Assembly (NCBI GenBank): GCA_964634225.1
Contig: CAZWIB010000001.1
Coordinates: forward strand, 1 to 32,603
Direction: 5' to 3'
DNA length: 32,603 nt
Source of the DNA: Candidatus Woesearchaeota archaeon
Lineage (GTDB): Archaea; Nanobdellota; Nanobdellia; Pacearchaeales; GW2011-AR1
Position numbers and translations under genes: made by a program. Below the pieces are notes generated by a model, which made no database searches, had not been told where the DNA came from, and saw only the letters and a list, made by a program, of their open reading frames with translations. Shown here one piece after another: positions 16,859 through 24,764 of the stretch (positions within the stretch are counted from its first letter, which is position 1; each line of letters opens with the position of its first letter).

Positions 16859-17125
16859 ATGAAAGACAATTTTGATATCTTTTTCAGAAGGAAGCCGGCC
16901 TTGATGCTAGTCTCTTTGAAAAAGAATACAAGGATGAGATATGGTAGTATTTTGGCTAAGGAAGTAGATTGTACTTATAGCCACGCAGTAAAGATTCTGC
17001 AAACATTGGAAGTGCTTAGATTAGTGGATTTTGAGAAACGAGGAAGAATAAAGATTATTAAGCTGACTAAGAAAGGCCAAGAAGTTGCAGACGCAATTGA
17101 AGATATTCAAAAATTGATTAAGTAG
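16859..17125 (+). CDS. Small winged-helix DNA-binding protein (MarR/ArsR-like)
   Basis: 88 aa. YGSILAKEVDCTYSHAVKILQTLEVLRLVDFEKRGRIKIIKLTKKG shows the HTH, beta-wing and helix pattern. Confidence 0.6.
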   Translation: MKDNFDIFFRRKPALMLVSLKKNTRMRYGSILAKEVDCTYSHAVKILQTLEVLRLVDFEKRGRIKIIKLTKKGQEVADAIEDIQKLIK

Positions 17126-17251
17126 GTTCATGAAAAGATTCATGGCCTTGTCAATAACTGACAAGAGGTGATTGCTACTTAATATCCCTGAAATGAGAGA
17201 AGACAATTAGTTTTAGAAGATTTTAAAAATATTTTATATTTAGTATTTATA

Positions 17252-17446
17252 ATGGTTCTTCAATATAAGAAAAAGAGTTCTAATAAATGGAAAGATTATC
17301 CGGGGAAAGATAAAATCGAAGGAAATGTTAAAGATTATGATTTTAGATTATTGAGTGAAAATAGAAAAAAAGTTTTAGCTGAAAAAGGATCTTATGATAA
17401 AGTTATGAAACGGTTTAGACAGATTGAATTTTTTAAACATAGGTAA
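17252..17446 (+). CDS. Hypothetical small basic protein (64 aa)
   Basis: ORF with TTTTAAAA at 17221-17228, about 31 nt upstream. No motif recognised. Confidence 0.4.
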   Translation: MVLQYKKKSSNKWKDYPGKDKIEGNVKDYDFRLLSENRKKVLAEKGSYDKVMKRFRQIEFFKHR

Positions 17447-17476
17447 TTTTAAAAGTATTTTTTGTTTTATTTATTA

Positions 17477-17779
17477 ATGGCTTATCAAAGTATTAAATTT
17501 GATCCTTTAACTGAAGAAGAGATTAAAGAAAGAGCTAAGGAATCTAAAGAAGAAATGCAAGAAGTTTTAGAATGGGAAAAGGAAGAGCAAAAGAAATTAA
17601 AGAATTCTAAAACTCCTCAAGCACAAGGAGCTGCCAAGAGGGCTTTGAAAAAGGTTGCAAGGAGAATTAATACTGTTAAGGGAAATATTTTATATTGGGA
17701 TTTAAGAGTTAAAGGTCAAAGTCATTTTCGTGCTAATCTTGAGAGGCATGAGTTATGGGATCAGTTGAAGAATGAATGA
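17477..17779 (+). CDS. Hypothetical K/E-rich protein (100 aa)
   Basis: ATG 17477 lies 30 nt downstream of TTTTAAAA (17447-17454); the ORF-finder TTG at 17462 is unlikely. The stop codon overlaps the 3' end of the convergent tRNA by 3 nt. Confidence 0.45.
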   Translation: MAYQSIKFDPLTEEEIKERAKESKEEMQEVLEWEKEEQKKLKNSKTPQAQGAAKRALKKVARRINTVKGNILYWDLRVKGQSHFRANLERHELWDQLKNE

Positions 17780-17850
17780 CCCCGACGGGATTTGAACCCG
17801 CGACACCGTGATTAAGAGTCACGTGCTCTACCAGACTGAGCTACGGAGTC
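17777..17850 (-). tRNA. tRNA-Lys (anticodon CUU), 74 nt, no encoded CCA
   Basis: The reverse complement folds by hand into a cloverleaf: acceptor GACUCCG/CGGGGUC, D arm GCUC-AGUCUGGUA-GAGC, anticodon arm CGUGA-CUCUUAA-UCACG, variable loop GUGUC, T arm GCGGG-UUCAAAU-CCCGU, discriminator A. Confidence 0.93.
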
Positions 17851-17941
17851 TCGAAAATTTTATTTTTCTCGCTCTGATACAAATCGACATAGTCATTTGC
17901 ATAGAGTCATATAAGTTATTAGAAATATTTGTTTAAAAGAT

Positions 17942-18250
17942 TTATCTATATTCTCTCCAAGTATGGTCACACTTAACACATCTAAAGAATTTTGTTTCTG
18001 CCTCATCTGAAGCTCGAGTTTGAACTGTCCAGAAATATGCTTTTTCATTGTCACATTTTTTACATTTTTCATTAACTATTGGATGAACTCCATGAGTTTC
18101 TTTTGTTACTACAACACCTTCATTTTTTTCTTCAATTTTTTCAGAAGTCTTTAAAACCATTTTACCTTTAGAAGAATAATTACATCTTGGGCATCCAGCG
18201 TTTTTCTTTTTTTGAACTAATATTGCTCCACATTTAGGGCAGAATTCCAT
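17942..18250 (-). CDS. tfs: Transcription factor S (TFS / RpoM-like)
   Basis: N-terminal ribbon CPKC...CPRC. C-terminal TFIIS-type ribbon CKKC...QTRASDEAETKFFRCVKC with the acidic DE hairpin. Confidence 0.85.
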   Translation of the reverse strand: MEFCPKCGAILVQKKKNAGCPRCNYSSKGKMVLKTSEKIEEKNEGVVVTKETHGVHPIVNEKCKKCDNEKAYFWTVQTRASDEAETKFFRCVKCDHTWREYR

Positions 18251-18271
18251 CTTATGAGTTAAGTATTTTTA

Positions 18272-18279
18272 TTTAAAAA
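18272..18279 (-). promoter_or_regulatory. TATA-like box (TTTTTAAA on the minus strand) of tfs
   Basis: The 5' edge (18279) is 29 nt from ATG 18250. Confidence 0.5.
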
Positions 18280-18287
18280 TGTTGTGA

Positions 18288-18914
18288 TTATCTCTCTTTA
18301 CAAAACCCTCTTTCAGATTCAGGCCTTAAATGTTCATAAAAGATTAATTTTCCCCATCCAAGCGAAGGAGCTAATCTAAACACGGCTTTTCCAATAAGCT
18401 GTTCTTGTTTAATATTTATTTCAGAACTTAATTGCCCGTTATTATTGTCGCCCATTGTTGAAAATAGATATTCTCCATTTTCATGTTTTATCTCAACAAT
18501 TCTGTGGATTATAGGATTTTTTTGTCCTCCATCAAAAATTATTACATCTCCTACCTCTAGTTTTTCTGGTTTTTTCCCTACAATAAATAAGATATCCCCT
18601 TTACTAAAGCCTCTTTTGAAATTAAATTCTTTAAATTCGTTTATGTCAAATGAATATTTGTTTTCATGTCTATCCTGCCAAGAATCATAATTTGAAAATA
18701 CATTTCCTTTGTGATGCATACTACAAGATTCTACTATTGCCAATGGAAGAGAAGTTCCTGTTGCTAGATTTAATACTGGAAAGAAAATAAATTTTATTAT
18801 AACAAATATAAATATAATTGAGATTATCCATCCCTTGAAACTTTCATCTTTCCAAACAACAAACCAAAACTTCTTCCAAAATTTTTTCCAATCCTCTTTT
18901 TTCATTTTATTCAT
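18288..18914 (-). CDS. Signal peptidase I, archaeal/eukaryal Sec11 type
   Basis: N-terminal TM. Ser box VESCSMHH (S.SM), GDVIIF, His box IIHRIVE, and TMGDNN. Confidence 0.75.
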   Translation of the reverse strand: MNKMKKEDWKKFWKKFWFVVWKDESFKGWIISIIFIFVIIKFIFFPVLNLATGTSLPLAIVESCSMHHKGNVFSNYDSWQDRHENKYSFDINEFKEFNFKRGFSKGDILFIVGKKPEKLEVGDVIIFDGGQKNPIIHRIVEIKHENGEYLFSTMGDNNNGQLSSEINIKQEQLIGKAVFRLAPSLGWGKLIFYEHLRPESERGFCKER

Positions 18915-18974
18915 AAAATGGATAGGCCAAGTTTACTTGAGCCTTTTCATAAGTAGAAAATGATTTATTAGTTT

Positions 18975-19985
18975 TTAATTGTTATCTTTCTTATAATATT
19001 TTTTCATTATTTCTTTACTACTAAAGTTAGTTATAATCATAAATCCAATTCCAGTTACAATTAAGTTTCTTATTCTTACTATTAAACTAAATATTAATCC
19101 TAAACCTACACCTTTTTTTAAGAGTGCAAAAAGTCCTGAAGATCCTCCTTCTTGGAATCCTAAACCTGCTGGAACAGGAATAAAACTAGCTATGCCAAAT
19201 ACAATGTGGATTAAAATTATTTCCATTAGAGAACCATTAATGCCTAAAGCTAATAGTAAAAATTTAAATTCTAATATACCAAATACAATTACAATACAAT
19301 AAATTAAAAAACTAAGAATAAATTCTTTTTTATGATATTTAAAGAATTTTTCCATTCTTTCTTCAATATCCTTTATTAAATTCAAACTTTTTTTGAATCT
19401 CCTGAATTTATAGAATCTAAGAAAATTGAAAAGGGTGGTAAATGGTCCTTTCCCTTTTATTGTCCAATAGTATATGAAGAATAACAATAGGAAACAAATT
19501 ATTATTAAAGTAAATAAAATAACTTTTGTTTTTGTGCCGACTCCTGGAACTAGGAAAAGTAGAAAAAATCCAACAAGAGATACTAATCCTATACCTAAGA
19601 GTTCTATGAATTTGTCAATTACAACACTTGATCCTCCCGTTTTTAGAGGGACTTTGTGTTCTTTGTGCATCATGTATGTCTTTAATGGCTCTCCTCCAAC
19701 TCTTGCACTTGGGGTTACATGAGAAACAGCAAAACCAGCTACAGTATATCTAAGAACATCTAAAAAGGGAACTTTGTATTTGTAAGTTTTAAGAATGAAT
19801 TTTAGCTTTATTGCTAAAAAAGAAATTCCAAATAGTGCAAAAATAAGATAGGGGATTAAAAATATTGGTTGAGACTGTTCATAGGCTTTTCTAAGAGATT
19901 CAGGACCAAGAAACCAGATAATAACCCCAAATACTAAGATTCCAACTAACCAAGATATTATTGTAGTTAATCTTTTTCGCTTCAT
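18975..19985 (-). CDS. Flippase-like / lysylphosphatidylglycerol-synthase-TM family membrane protein
   Basis: About 8 TM helices and the TPSARVGGEPLKTYMM motif (tP...GGe..r) typical of the LPG_synthase_TM / TIGR00374 family. Confidence 0.55.
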   Translation of the reverse strand: MKRKRLTTIISWLVGILVFGVIIWFLGPESLRKAYEQSQPIFLIPYLIFALFGISFLAIKLKFILKTYKYKVPFLDVLRYTVAGFAVSHVTPSARVGGEPLKTYMMHKEHKVPLKTGGSSVVIDKFIELLGIGLVSLVGFFLLFLVPGVGTKTKVILFTLIIICFLLLFFIYYWTIKGKGPFTTLFNFLRFYKFRRFKKSLNLIKDIEERMEKFFKYHKKEFILSFLIYCIVIVFGILEFKFLLLALGINGSLMEIILIHIVFGIASFIPVPAGLGFQEGGSSGLFALLKKGVGLGLIFSLIVRIRNLIVTGIGFMIITNFSSKEIMKKYYKKDNN

Positions 19986-20012
19986 CCTCTTTTAATTTTG
20001 AAAAAAAAGAAT

Positions 20013-20020
20013 TATTTAAA
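20013..20020 (-). promoter_or_regulatory. TATA box (TTTAAATA on the minus strand) for the 19985 gene
   Basis: Complement of TATTTAAA. The 5' edge is 35 nt from ATG 19985. Confidence 0.45.
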
Positions 20021-20040
20021 GGTGTTGGAGAACCCAAACA

Positions 20041-20048
20041 TTTAAATA
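20041..20048 (+). promoter_or_regulatory. TATA box (TTTAAATA) of the AbrB-like/cdc48 gene pair
   Basis: Embedded in the 17-mer AAACATTTAAATAGTAT (20036-20052), which is identical to 27386-27402. Unlike most genes here, the first plausible start (20118 or 20142) lies 77-101 nt downstream. Confidence 0.5.
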
Positions 20049-20103
20049 GTATACATTTTATGTGTATACACCAAGATATACACATCTTGACCTCTTTTCA
20101 CTA

Positions 20104-20124
20104 GCCACATTCTATGAATGTGGC
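20104..20124 (+). promoter_or_regulatory. Hairpin or inverted repeat GCCACATT-ctatg-AATGTGGC in the leader of the AbrB-like gene
   Basis: 8-bp perfect arms read directly from the sequence. Confidence 0.4.
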
Positions 20125-20141
20125 AACATACTCACGAAAAA

Positions 20142-20498
20142 ATGGCAGACATATTTGACAACAAGATTTTATGCAAAAAGTGCGACTCAGAAATGAAAGC
20201 ATCTGAGATTTCTAAAAATGGTTTTATGATAAGAATAAAAATTTGTCCTAAATGTAAAGAAAAATTAATCCACCCTTTTGATGAATCAGAATACAAAAAA
20301 TTTATAAATCTAAAAAACAAGGAATTTAGAGTTAAAATGAGGCTTGTTGGAAATAGCTATGCAGTTTCTATTCCTAAAGAAATAGTTCATTTTATGAATG
20401 AGCAAAAAAAAGCAATGGATGAAATGGTTAAATTATGTTTTGAAGATTTTGATAGATTAAGTTTAAATTTTAATGAATTAAAAAGGAGAAAATTATAA
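20142..20498 (+). CDS. Zinc-ribbon plus AbrB/SpoVT-like (swapped-hairpin) domain protein
   Basis: CKKC...CPKC ribbon, then RLVGNSYAVSIPKEIVHFM (the vG.s..v.iPk.i pattern of AbrB/MazE). Start taken at MADIF (20142); ATG 20118 is an in-frame alternative. The stop overlaps the cdc48 ATG (TAATG). Confidence 0.55.
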   Translation: MADIFDNKILCKKCDSEMKASEISKNGFMIRIKICPKCKEKLIHPFDESEYKKFINLKNKEFRVKMRLVGNSYAVSIPKEIVHFMNEQKKAMDEMVKLCFEDFDRLSLNFNELKRRKL

Positions 20499-22807
20499 TG
20501 GCTGAAAAAGAAATTCAATTAAATGTTGTTGAAGCAATGCAGGATGATGTTTACAAAGGTATAGCAAGAATAGATACTTCTATTATGAAAGAATTAGGAA
20601 TTGACAGGGGAGATGTTATAATTATTAAAGGAAATAGAGAAACAGTTGCAATTGCAGACAGAGCTTATCCTTCTGATGTAGGTGAAAAAATTATACGTAT
20701 TGATGGTATTTTAAGAAGAAACGCAAGAACAGGTATTGGAGATATTGTTAAGATTTCTAAAGCAACCATTAAAGAAGCAAAGAAAATTACTCTTGCTCCC
20801 GCACAAAAAGGAATTATGGTTCAGGCAGATTCTAATGTTTTAAGAAGAGGACTTTTAGGAAGAACTGTTGTTAAAGGAGATTTAGTTATTCTTGGAGGCG
20901 TTCATAGAAGAAAAGATTTACTATCTGATGAATTTGGAGATGAATTTGAAGGCATGCTTGGAAATATGTTAGGGAATATGGGTCTTGGAAATTTAGGAGG
21001 AGGAATTACTCAAATTAAATTTGTTATTGTAAATTCTACTCCTGCGCAACCAGTTATTATTACAGAAAATACAGAAATTGTTTTAAATCCTAAAGCTGTT
21101 GATGTTGCTGAAGAAGATTTTTCAGGAATTAATTATGAAGATATTGGTGGTTTACAAGAAGAAATTAAAAAAATTAGAGAAATGGTTGAAATTCCAATTA
21201 AACATCCAGAAATTTTCCAGAGATTAGGTGTTGAATCTCCAAAAGGAGTTTTATTACACGGTCCTCCTGGAACTGGTAAAACTTTATTAGCTAAAGCTGT
21301 TGCAAATGAATCAGAAGCCCATTTTATTTTATTAAATGGTCCTGAAATTATGTCGAAGTTTTATGGAGAGTCAGAAAAAAAGATTAGAGATCTTTTCGAT
21401 GATGCGGAAAAGAATGCACCTTCAATTATTTTTATTGATGAAATTGATGCTATTGCTCCTAAAAGAGAAGATGTTGGGGGAGAAGTAGAAAGAAGAGTTG
21501 TTTCACAATTATTAGCTATGATGGATGGTTTGAAAAATCGTGGTAAAGTTATTGTTATTGGTGCAACTAATAGACCTAATGCTCTTGATCCTGCTTTAAG
21601 ACGTCCAGGTAGATTTGATAGAGAAATTGAAATTTCTGTTCCAGATAAAAAAGGAAGAGAAGCTATTTTGAAAATTCATACTCGTGGAATGCCTTTAACA
21701 AAAGATGTTAAATTAGATGTACTTTCTTCTATTACTCATGGTTTTGTTGGAGCTGATTTAGAATCTTTAACTAAAGAAGCTGCTATGGGTGTTTTGAGAA
21801 AACTATTACCCCAAATGAAACTAGATGAAGAAGAAAAAATACCTGAACATTTATTAGATAAATTAAAGATTAAACATGCTGATTTTACAGATGCCTTGAA
21901 GAATGTAAGACCTTCTGCAATGAGAGAAGTTTTAGTTGAAACACCTAATGTAAATTGGGAAGATGTTGGAGGTTTGGATGATGTTAAACAAGAATTAAAA
22001 GAAGCTGTTGAATGGCCAATGAAATATCCGGATTCATTTAAGAGAATGGGTATTAGACCCTCTAAAGGTATATTATTGTATGGTCCTCCTGGAACTGGTA
22101 AAACTTTATTAGCTAAAGCTGTTGCAAAAGAATCAGAAGCAAATTTTATTCAAGTTAAAGGACCTTCTTTGTTAAGTATGTGGGTTGGTAAATCAGAAGA
22201 AGGGATGAGAAAAGTGTTTGAGAGAGCAAGACAGGTTTCTCCTTGTGTTATTTTCTTTGATGAAGTTGATTCTCTTGCAGGTAAGAGAGGAATGGAACAA
22301 GGAACTAAAGTTACTGAAAGAGTTTTAAATCAAATGTTATCTGAAATGGATGGTCTTGAAGATATGAGTGATATTTTAGTTGTTGCTGCAACAAATAGAC
22401 CTGATATGCTTGATCCTGCTTTATTGAGACCTGGAAGATTTGATAGGATTTTATTAGTTAATGCTCCAAATGAAAAAGGAAGAGAAGCTATTTTGAAAAT
22501 TCATACTGAACCTATGCCAGTTGGTAAAGATAAGAAAGAGAAAGAAAAACTTGTTAAATCTTTTGCCAAATTAACTGAAGGTTATACTGGTGCTGATTTA
22601 GAAGCATTTGTTAGGGAAGCTGCTATGCTTGCTTTAAGAGAGAATGTTAATTCTGAAAAAGTTAAGAAAAAACATTTTGATGAAGCTTTAAAGAAGATTA
22701 AACCAAGTGTGACTTCAAGCACAATTAAAGTGTATAAGAAAGTTAAAGAACAATTCTTGAAATCTGTTAAAGCAGATGTTCCTAATGAAGGCAGTTATTT
22801 AGGATAA
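20498..22807 (+). CDS. cdc48: Cdc48/VAT/p97-type AAA+ ATPase
   Basis: VAT-N-like N-domain (GIARID...GDVIIIKG). Two AAA modules, each with [15 protein letters not shown] Walker A, a DEID/DEVD Walker B and ATNRP...[12 protein letters not shown]. Confidence 0.92.
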   Translation: MAEKEIQLNVVEAMQDDVYKGIARIDTSIMKELGIDRGDVIIIKGNRETVAIADRAYPSDVGEKIIRIDGILRRNARTGIGDIVKISKATIKEAKKITLAPAQKGIMVQADSNVLRRGLLGRTVVKGDLVILGGVHRRKDLLSDEFGDEFEGMLGNMLGNMGLGNLGGGITQIKFVIVNSTPAQPVIITENTEIVLNPKAVDVAEEDFSGINYEDIGGLQEEIKKIREMVEIPIKHPEIFQRLGVESPKGVLLHGPPGTGKTLLAKAVANESEAHFILLNGPEIMSKFYGESEKKIRDLFDDAEKNAPSIIFIDEIDAIAPKREDVGGEVERRVVSQLLAMMDGLKNRGKVIVIGATNRPNALDPALRRPGRFDREIEISVPDKKGREAILKIHTRGMPLTKDVKLDVLSSITHGFVGADLESLTKEAAMGVLRKLLPQMKLDEEEKIPEHLLDKLKIKHADFTDALKNVRPSAMREVLVETPNVNWEDVGGLDDVKQELKEAVEWPMKYPDSFKRMGIRPSKGILLYGPPGTGKTLLAKAVAKESEANFIQVKGPSLLSMWVGKSEEGMRKVFERARQVSPCVIFFDEVDSLAGKRGMEQGTKVTERVLNQMLSEMDGLEDMSDILVVAATNRPDMLDPALLRPGRFDRILLVNAPNEKGREAILKIHTEPMPVGKDKKEKEKLVKSFAKLTEGYTGADLEAFVREAAMLALRENVNSEKVKKKHFDEALKKIKPSVTSSTIKVYKKVKEQFLKSVKADVPNEGSYLG

Positions 22808-22812
22808 TAATT

Positions 22813-22820
22813 CTTAAAAA
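22813..22820 (+). promoter_or_regulatory. TATA-like box (CTTAAAAA) for the tandem DnaA-C-like gene
   Basis: Lies 29 nt upstream of ATG 22842. T7 and T6 runs sit between the box and the ATG and could also terminate cdc48 transcripts. Confidence 0.4.
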
Positions 22821-22841
22821 GACTCTTTTTTTAGATTTTTT

Positions 22842-23666
22842 ATGGTTGAGATTTTACAAGATATTCTAATATCTAGAGCTAATGAATATGAATTTGAAAT
22901 AGAACCAAAACATAAAGAAAGATTAGAAGAAGTTTTAGAATCAGTATTAAATGTTTTAAATAATGTAGCTAATCATTTTGATATACCTGCAGAAGATTTA
23001 GTTAAAAAAACTCGTAAGGCTGAAATAAAATTACCGCGTCAAATATGTCATTATCAAAATACTGAAGATAATAAAAGAATTTTTGATGGAGATGAATATT
23101 ATGGATTAACAGGGAAATTATATTGTATGAATCGTGCAAATATAATACATAACTATGAATTAGTAAATTTTCAAAGAGGGGAAAAAACACCAGAAGGAAA
23201 GACAATTAGAGAAGTGTTGAATTTGTTTAATTCCTCTGGACTTATAACTAAATCAAATAAATATAACCCAATAAACTTAGAAAAAGATGAGCCTCTTTCA
23301 AGAATAGAATTGGATCTTAAAGATCCACTATTTCTCCAAAAAGCAGACCATGTTTGTGAAGTAGTAGCAAAATATTTTGGCGTTCCTAAAGAAGATTTTT
23401 TTGGTGAAGAGGGAGAAAAGAAATATAATCAGAAACATGATATACTTTTTCCAAAGCAAATATGCCATTATGAAATTTCTGAAGAAAATCTGAAAATTTT
23501 TGGTCACATAAATTGGCTATTAACAGCAAAATATTTTGGTGTGAAGGATGGAAAAATAAGACATGGTCATAAAAATATAGCATCTTGGAAAGATTTACCT
23601 ACGTTAGAAGGCAAAAAAATTAGAGAATTATTCGCTTTATTGAAAAATGGTTCTACTCAGTCGTAA
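22842..23666 (+). CDS. Protein with two tandem DnaA domain-IV-like (Bac_DnaA_C-like) helix-turn-helix modules
   Basis: Module 1 (aa ~35-130): VANHFDIPAEDLVKKTRKAEIKLPRQICHY...NRANIIHNYELV. Module 2 (aa ~170-270): VAKYFGVPKEDFFG...ILFPKQICHY...AKYFGVKDGKIRHGHKNI. Compare the DnaA domain IV pattern va.yfgv...dl.sk.R...ia.PRQiAMYL...IG..FGgRDHtTVlHA..KI. Confidence 0.55.
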   Translation: MVEILQDILISRANEYEFEIEPKHKERLEEVLESVLNVLNNVANHFDIPAEDLVKKTRKAEIKLPRQICHYQNTEDNKRIFDGDEYYGLTGKLYCMNRANIIHNYELVNFQRGEKTPEGKTIREVLNLFNSSGLITKSNKYNPINLEKDEPLSRIELDLKDPLFLQKADHVCEVVAKYFGVPKEDFFGEEGEKKYNQKHDILFPKQICHYEISEENLKIFGHINWLLTAKYFGVKDGKIRHGHKNIASWKDLPTLEGKKIRELFALLKNGSTQS

Positions 23667-24528
23667 TTTTAATTTCTTCATCAATTAAAATAGTATGTTC
23701 TGCTTGTGCTACAATTCCGCCGCTTACCTCAACTAATTGTTCATAATGGTGTAAATTCCCATTTCTTTCTAATTCTCTTAATGCCAATCTTGCTTTGTTC
23801 CCAAATTTTTTTATAAGCCATCTAGAACAAAAAGGTAAGTTAACATATTCATCAGAAAGATATTCCAATACTTCTCGTGCTAAAGGGCTTCTAACATTTT
23901 TTGGATCAATTAAAGCGTAAATCCCAGATGGTTTTTTATCTTTTACTCTTCCTGAACCATTTGTTGAAAAAGGTTCAATTGCATACAACCCTTTTTTTAT
24001 TTTATCTGTTCTTTTGTCATCAATATTTGGAATTGTCAATCCTGCATGTAAATCATATTCCCCAATTTCATGTCCTGACAAATTAATTATTGGAGAAAAT
24101 CCTTTAGATTCTATTGTTTCTTGAACTGCTTTTCCAATTTCACTTGTTGTAACACCTTCTTTTATTGTTTTTATTGCATTTTCAAGAGCTGCTTCAGCAA
24201 CTTGAATTAATTTTTTATTTTCTTCTGAATTTTCTAAGTCCATAGAAAAAGCAGTATCTGCTATCCAACCATCAACATGAACTCCTAAATCTATTTTTAA
24301 TAATCCATGAGCTTTTGATTCATCGTTTGGAGAAGGGGTATAATGTGCTGCATTTTCATTTATTGAAAGGTTTGTTGGAAAAGCAGGTTTTCCTCCTAAT
24401 TCAATTATTTTTGCTTCTATTTTTTCTGCAATTTCTAAAAGAGAAACATCTTTTTTAATAATTGATTTGGCATACGCTTTGACTTGGGAGGCAATTTTTC
24501 CTGCTTGTAATATTTTTTCTTTATCCAT
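23653..24528 (-). CDS. map: Methionine aminopeptidase, type 2 (archaeal)
   Basis: NENAAHYTP, DLGVHVDGWIADTA, SGHEIG, IEPFST and AEHTILI metal-ligand blocks. 14-nt convergent overlap with the preceding CDS. Confidence 0.88.
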   Translation of the reverse strand: MDKEKILQAGKIASQVKAYAKSIIKKDVSLLEIAEKIEAKIIELGGKPAFPTNLSINENAAHYTPSPNDESKAHGLLKIDLGVHVDGWIADTAFSMDLENSEENKKLIQVAEAALENAIKTIKEGVTTSEIGKAVQETIESKGFSPIINLSGHEIGEYDLHAGLTIPNIDDKRTDKIKKGLYAIEPFSTNGSGRVKDKKPSGIYALIDPKNVRSPLAREVLEYLSDEYVNLPFCSRWLIKKFGNKARLALRELERNGNLHHYEQLVEVSGGIVAQAEHTILIDEEIKITTE

Positions 24529-24549
24529 ATCATAAATAGGGGAATTAGG

Positions 24550-24557
24550 GTTTAAAG
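24550..24557 (-). promoter_or_regulatory. TATA-like box (CTTTAAAC on the minus strand) of map
   Basis: The 5' edge (24557) is 29 nt from ATG 24528. Confidence 0.45.
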
Positions 24558-24764
24558 AAATTTGGTTAGATTAAGTTGTATATATGTAGTAGTTACAAAT
24601 ATAAAATTTTAAATAGTTTTGAATACTATGTTTTTTTGTGAGAAATATTTATTCAATAAATGAATCACAAAAAAGGTATAAGGGAATTTCTAAATTAAAT
24701 GTTGCAATTGCTGTAAAAGGTGCATGGTGTCTTAATTCGCGAATCAACTTTTTTGTTTTACCAC

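Noticed and set aside
17126-17215. Candidate C/D-box sRNA or other ncRNA downstream of the wHTH gene: GTGATTG, 13 nt, CTGA, plus a CTTGTCA/TGACAAG hairpin at 17149-17167.
   Set aside because: The C-like boxes deviate from RUGAUGA at positions needed for the k-turn (GUGAUUG, AUGAAAA). The upstream guide spacing is wrong (about 21 nt instead of 12). The hairpin may simply be a transcript 3' structure.
16859-17850. Possible integrated element next to tRNA-Lys. A small wHTH protein and two tiny basic proteins lie adjacent to the tRNA 3' end.
   Set aside because: No integrase is present. I could not find a direct repeat of the tRNA 3' segment elsewhere in the window. The composition is no different from the surroundings.
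19986-20141. Replication origin in the A/T-rich spacers with palindromes (19986-20141 and 24529-24764), near the replication genes.
   Set aside because: There is no orc1/cdc6 gene in the window. I recognised no ORB-like long inverted repeats flanking an unwinding element. The spacers are adequately explained as promoters, leaders and terminators.
20915-21004. Short 12-nt repeats in the Cdc48 N-domain encoding DEFG-DEFE and [17 protein letters not shown].
   Set aside because: A Gly/Met-rich flexible loop at this position is, as far as I recall, common in archaeal Cdc48/VAT homologues. The repeats are imperfect and short, consistent with ordinary low-complexity slippage.
22790-22807. C-terminal HbYX proteasome-docking motif on Cdc48.
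   Set aside because: The protein ends ...EGSYLG. The Tyr is third from the end, not penultimate, so the canonical hydrophobic-Tyr-X terminus is not present.
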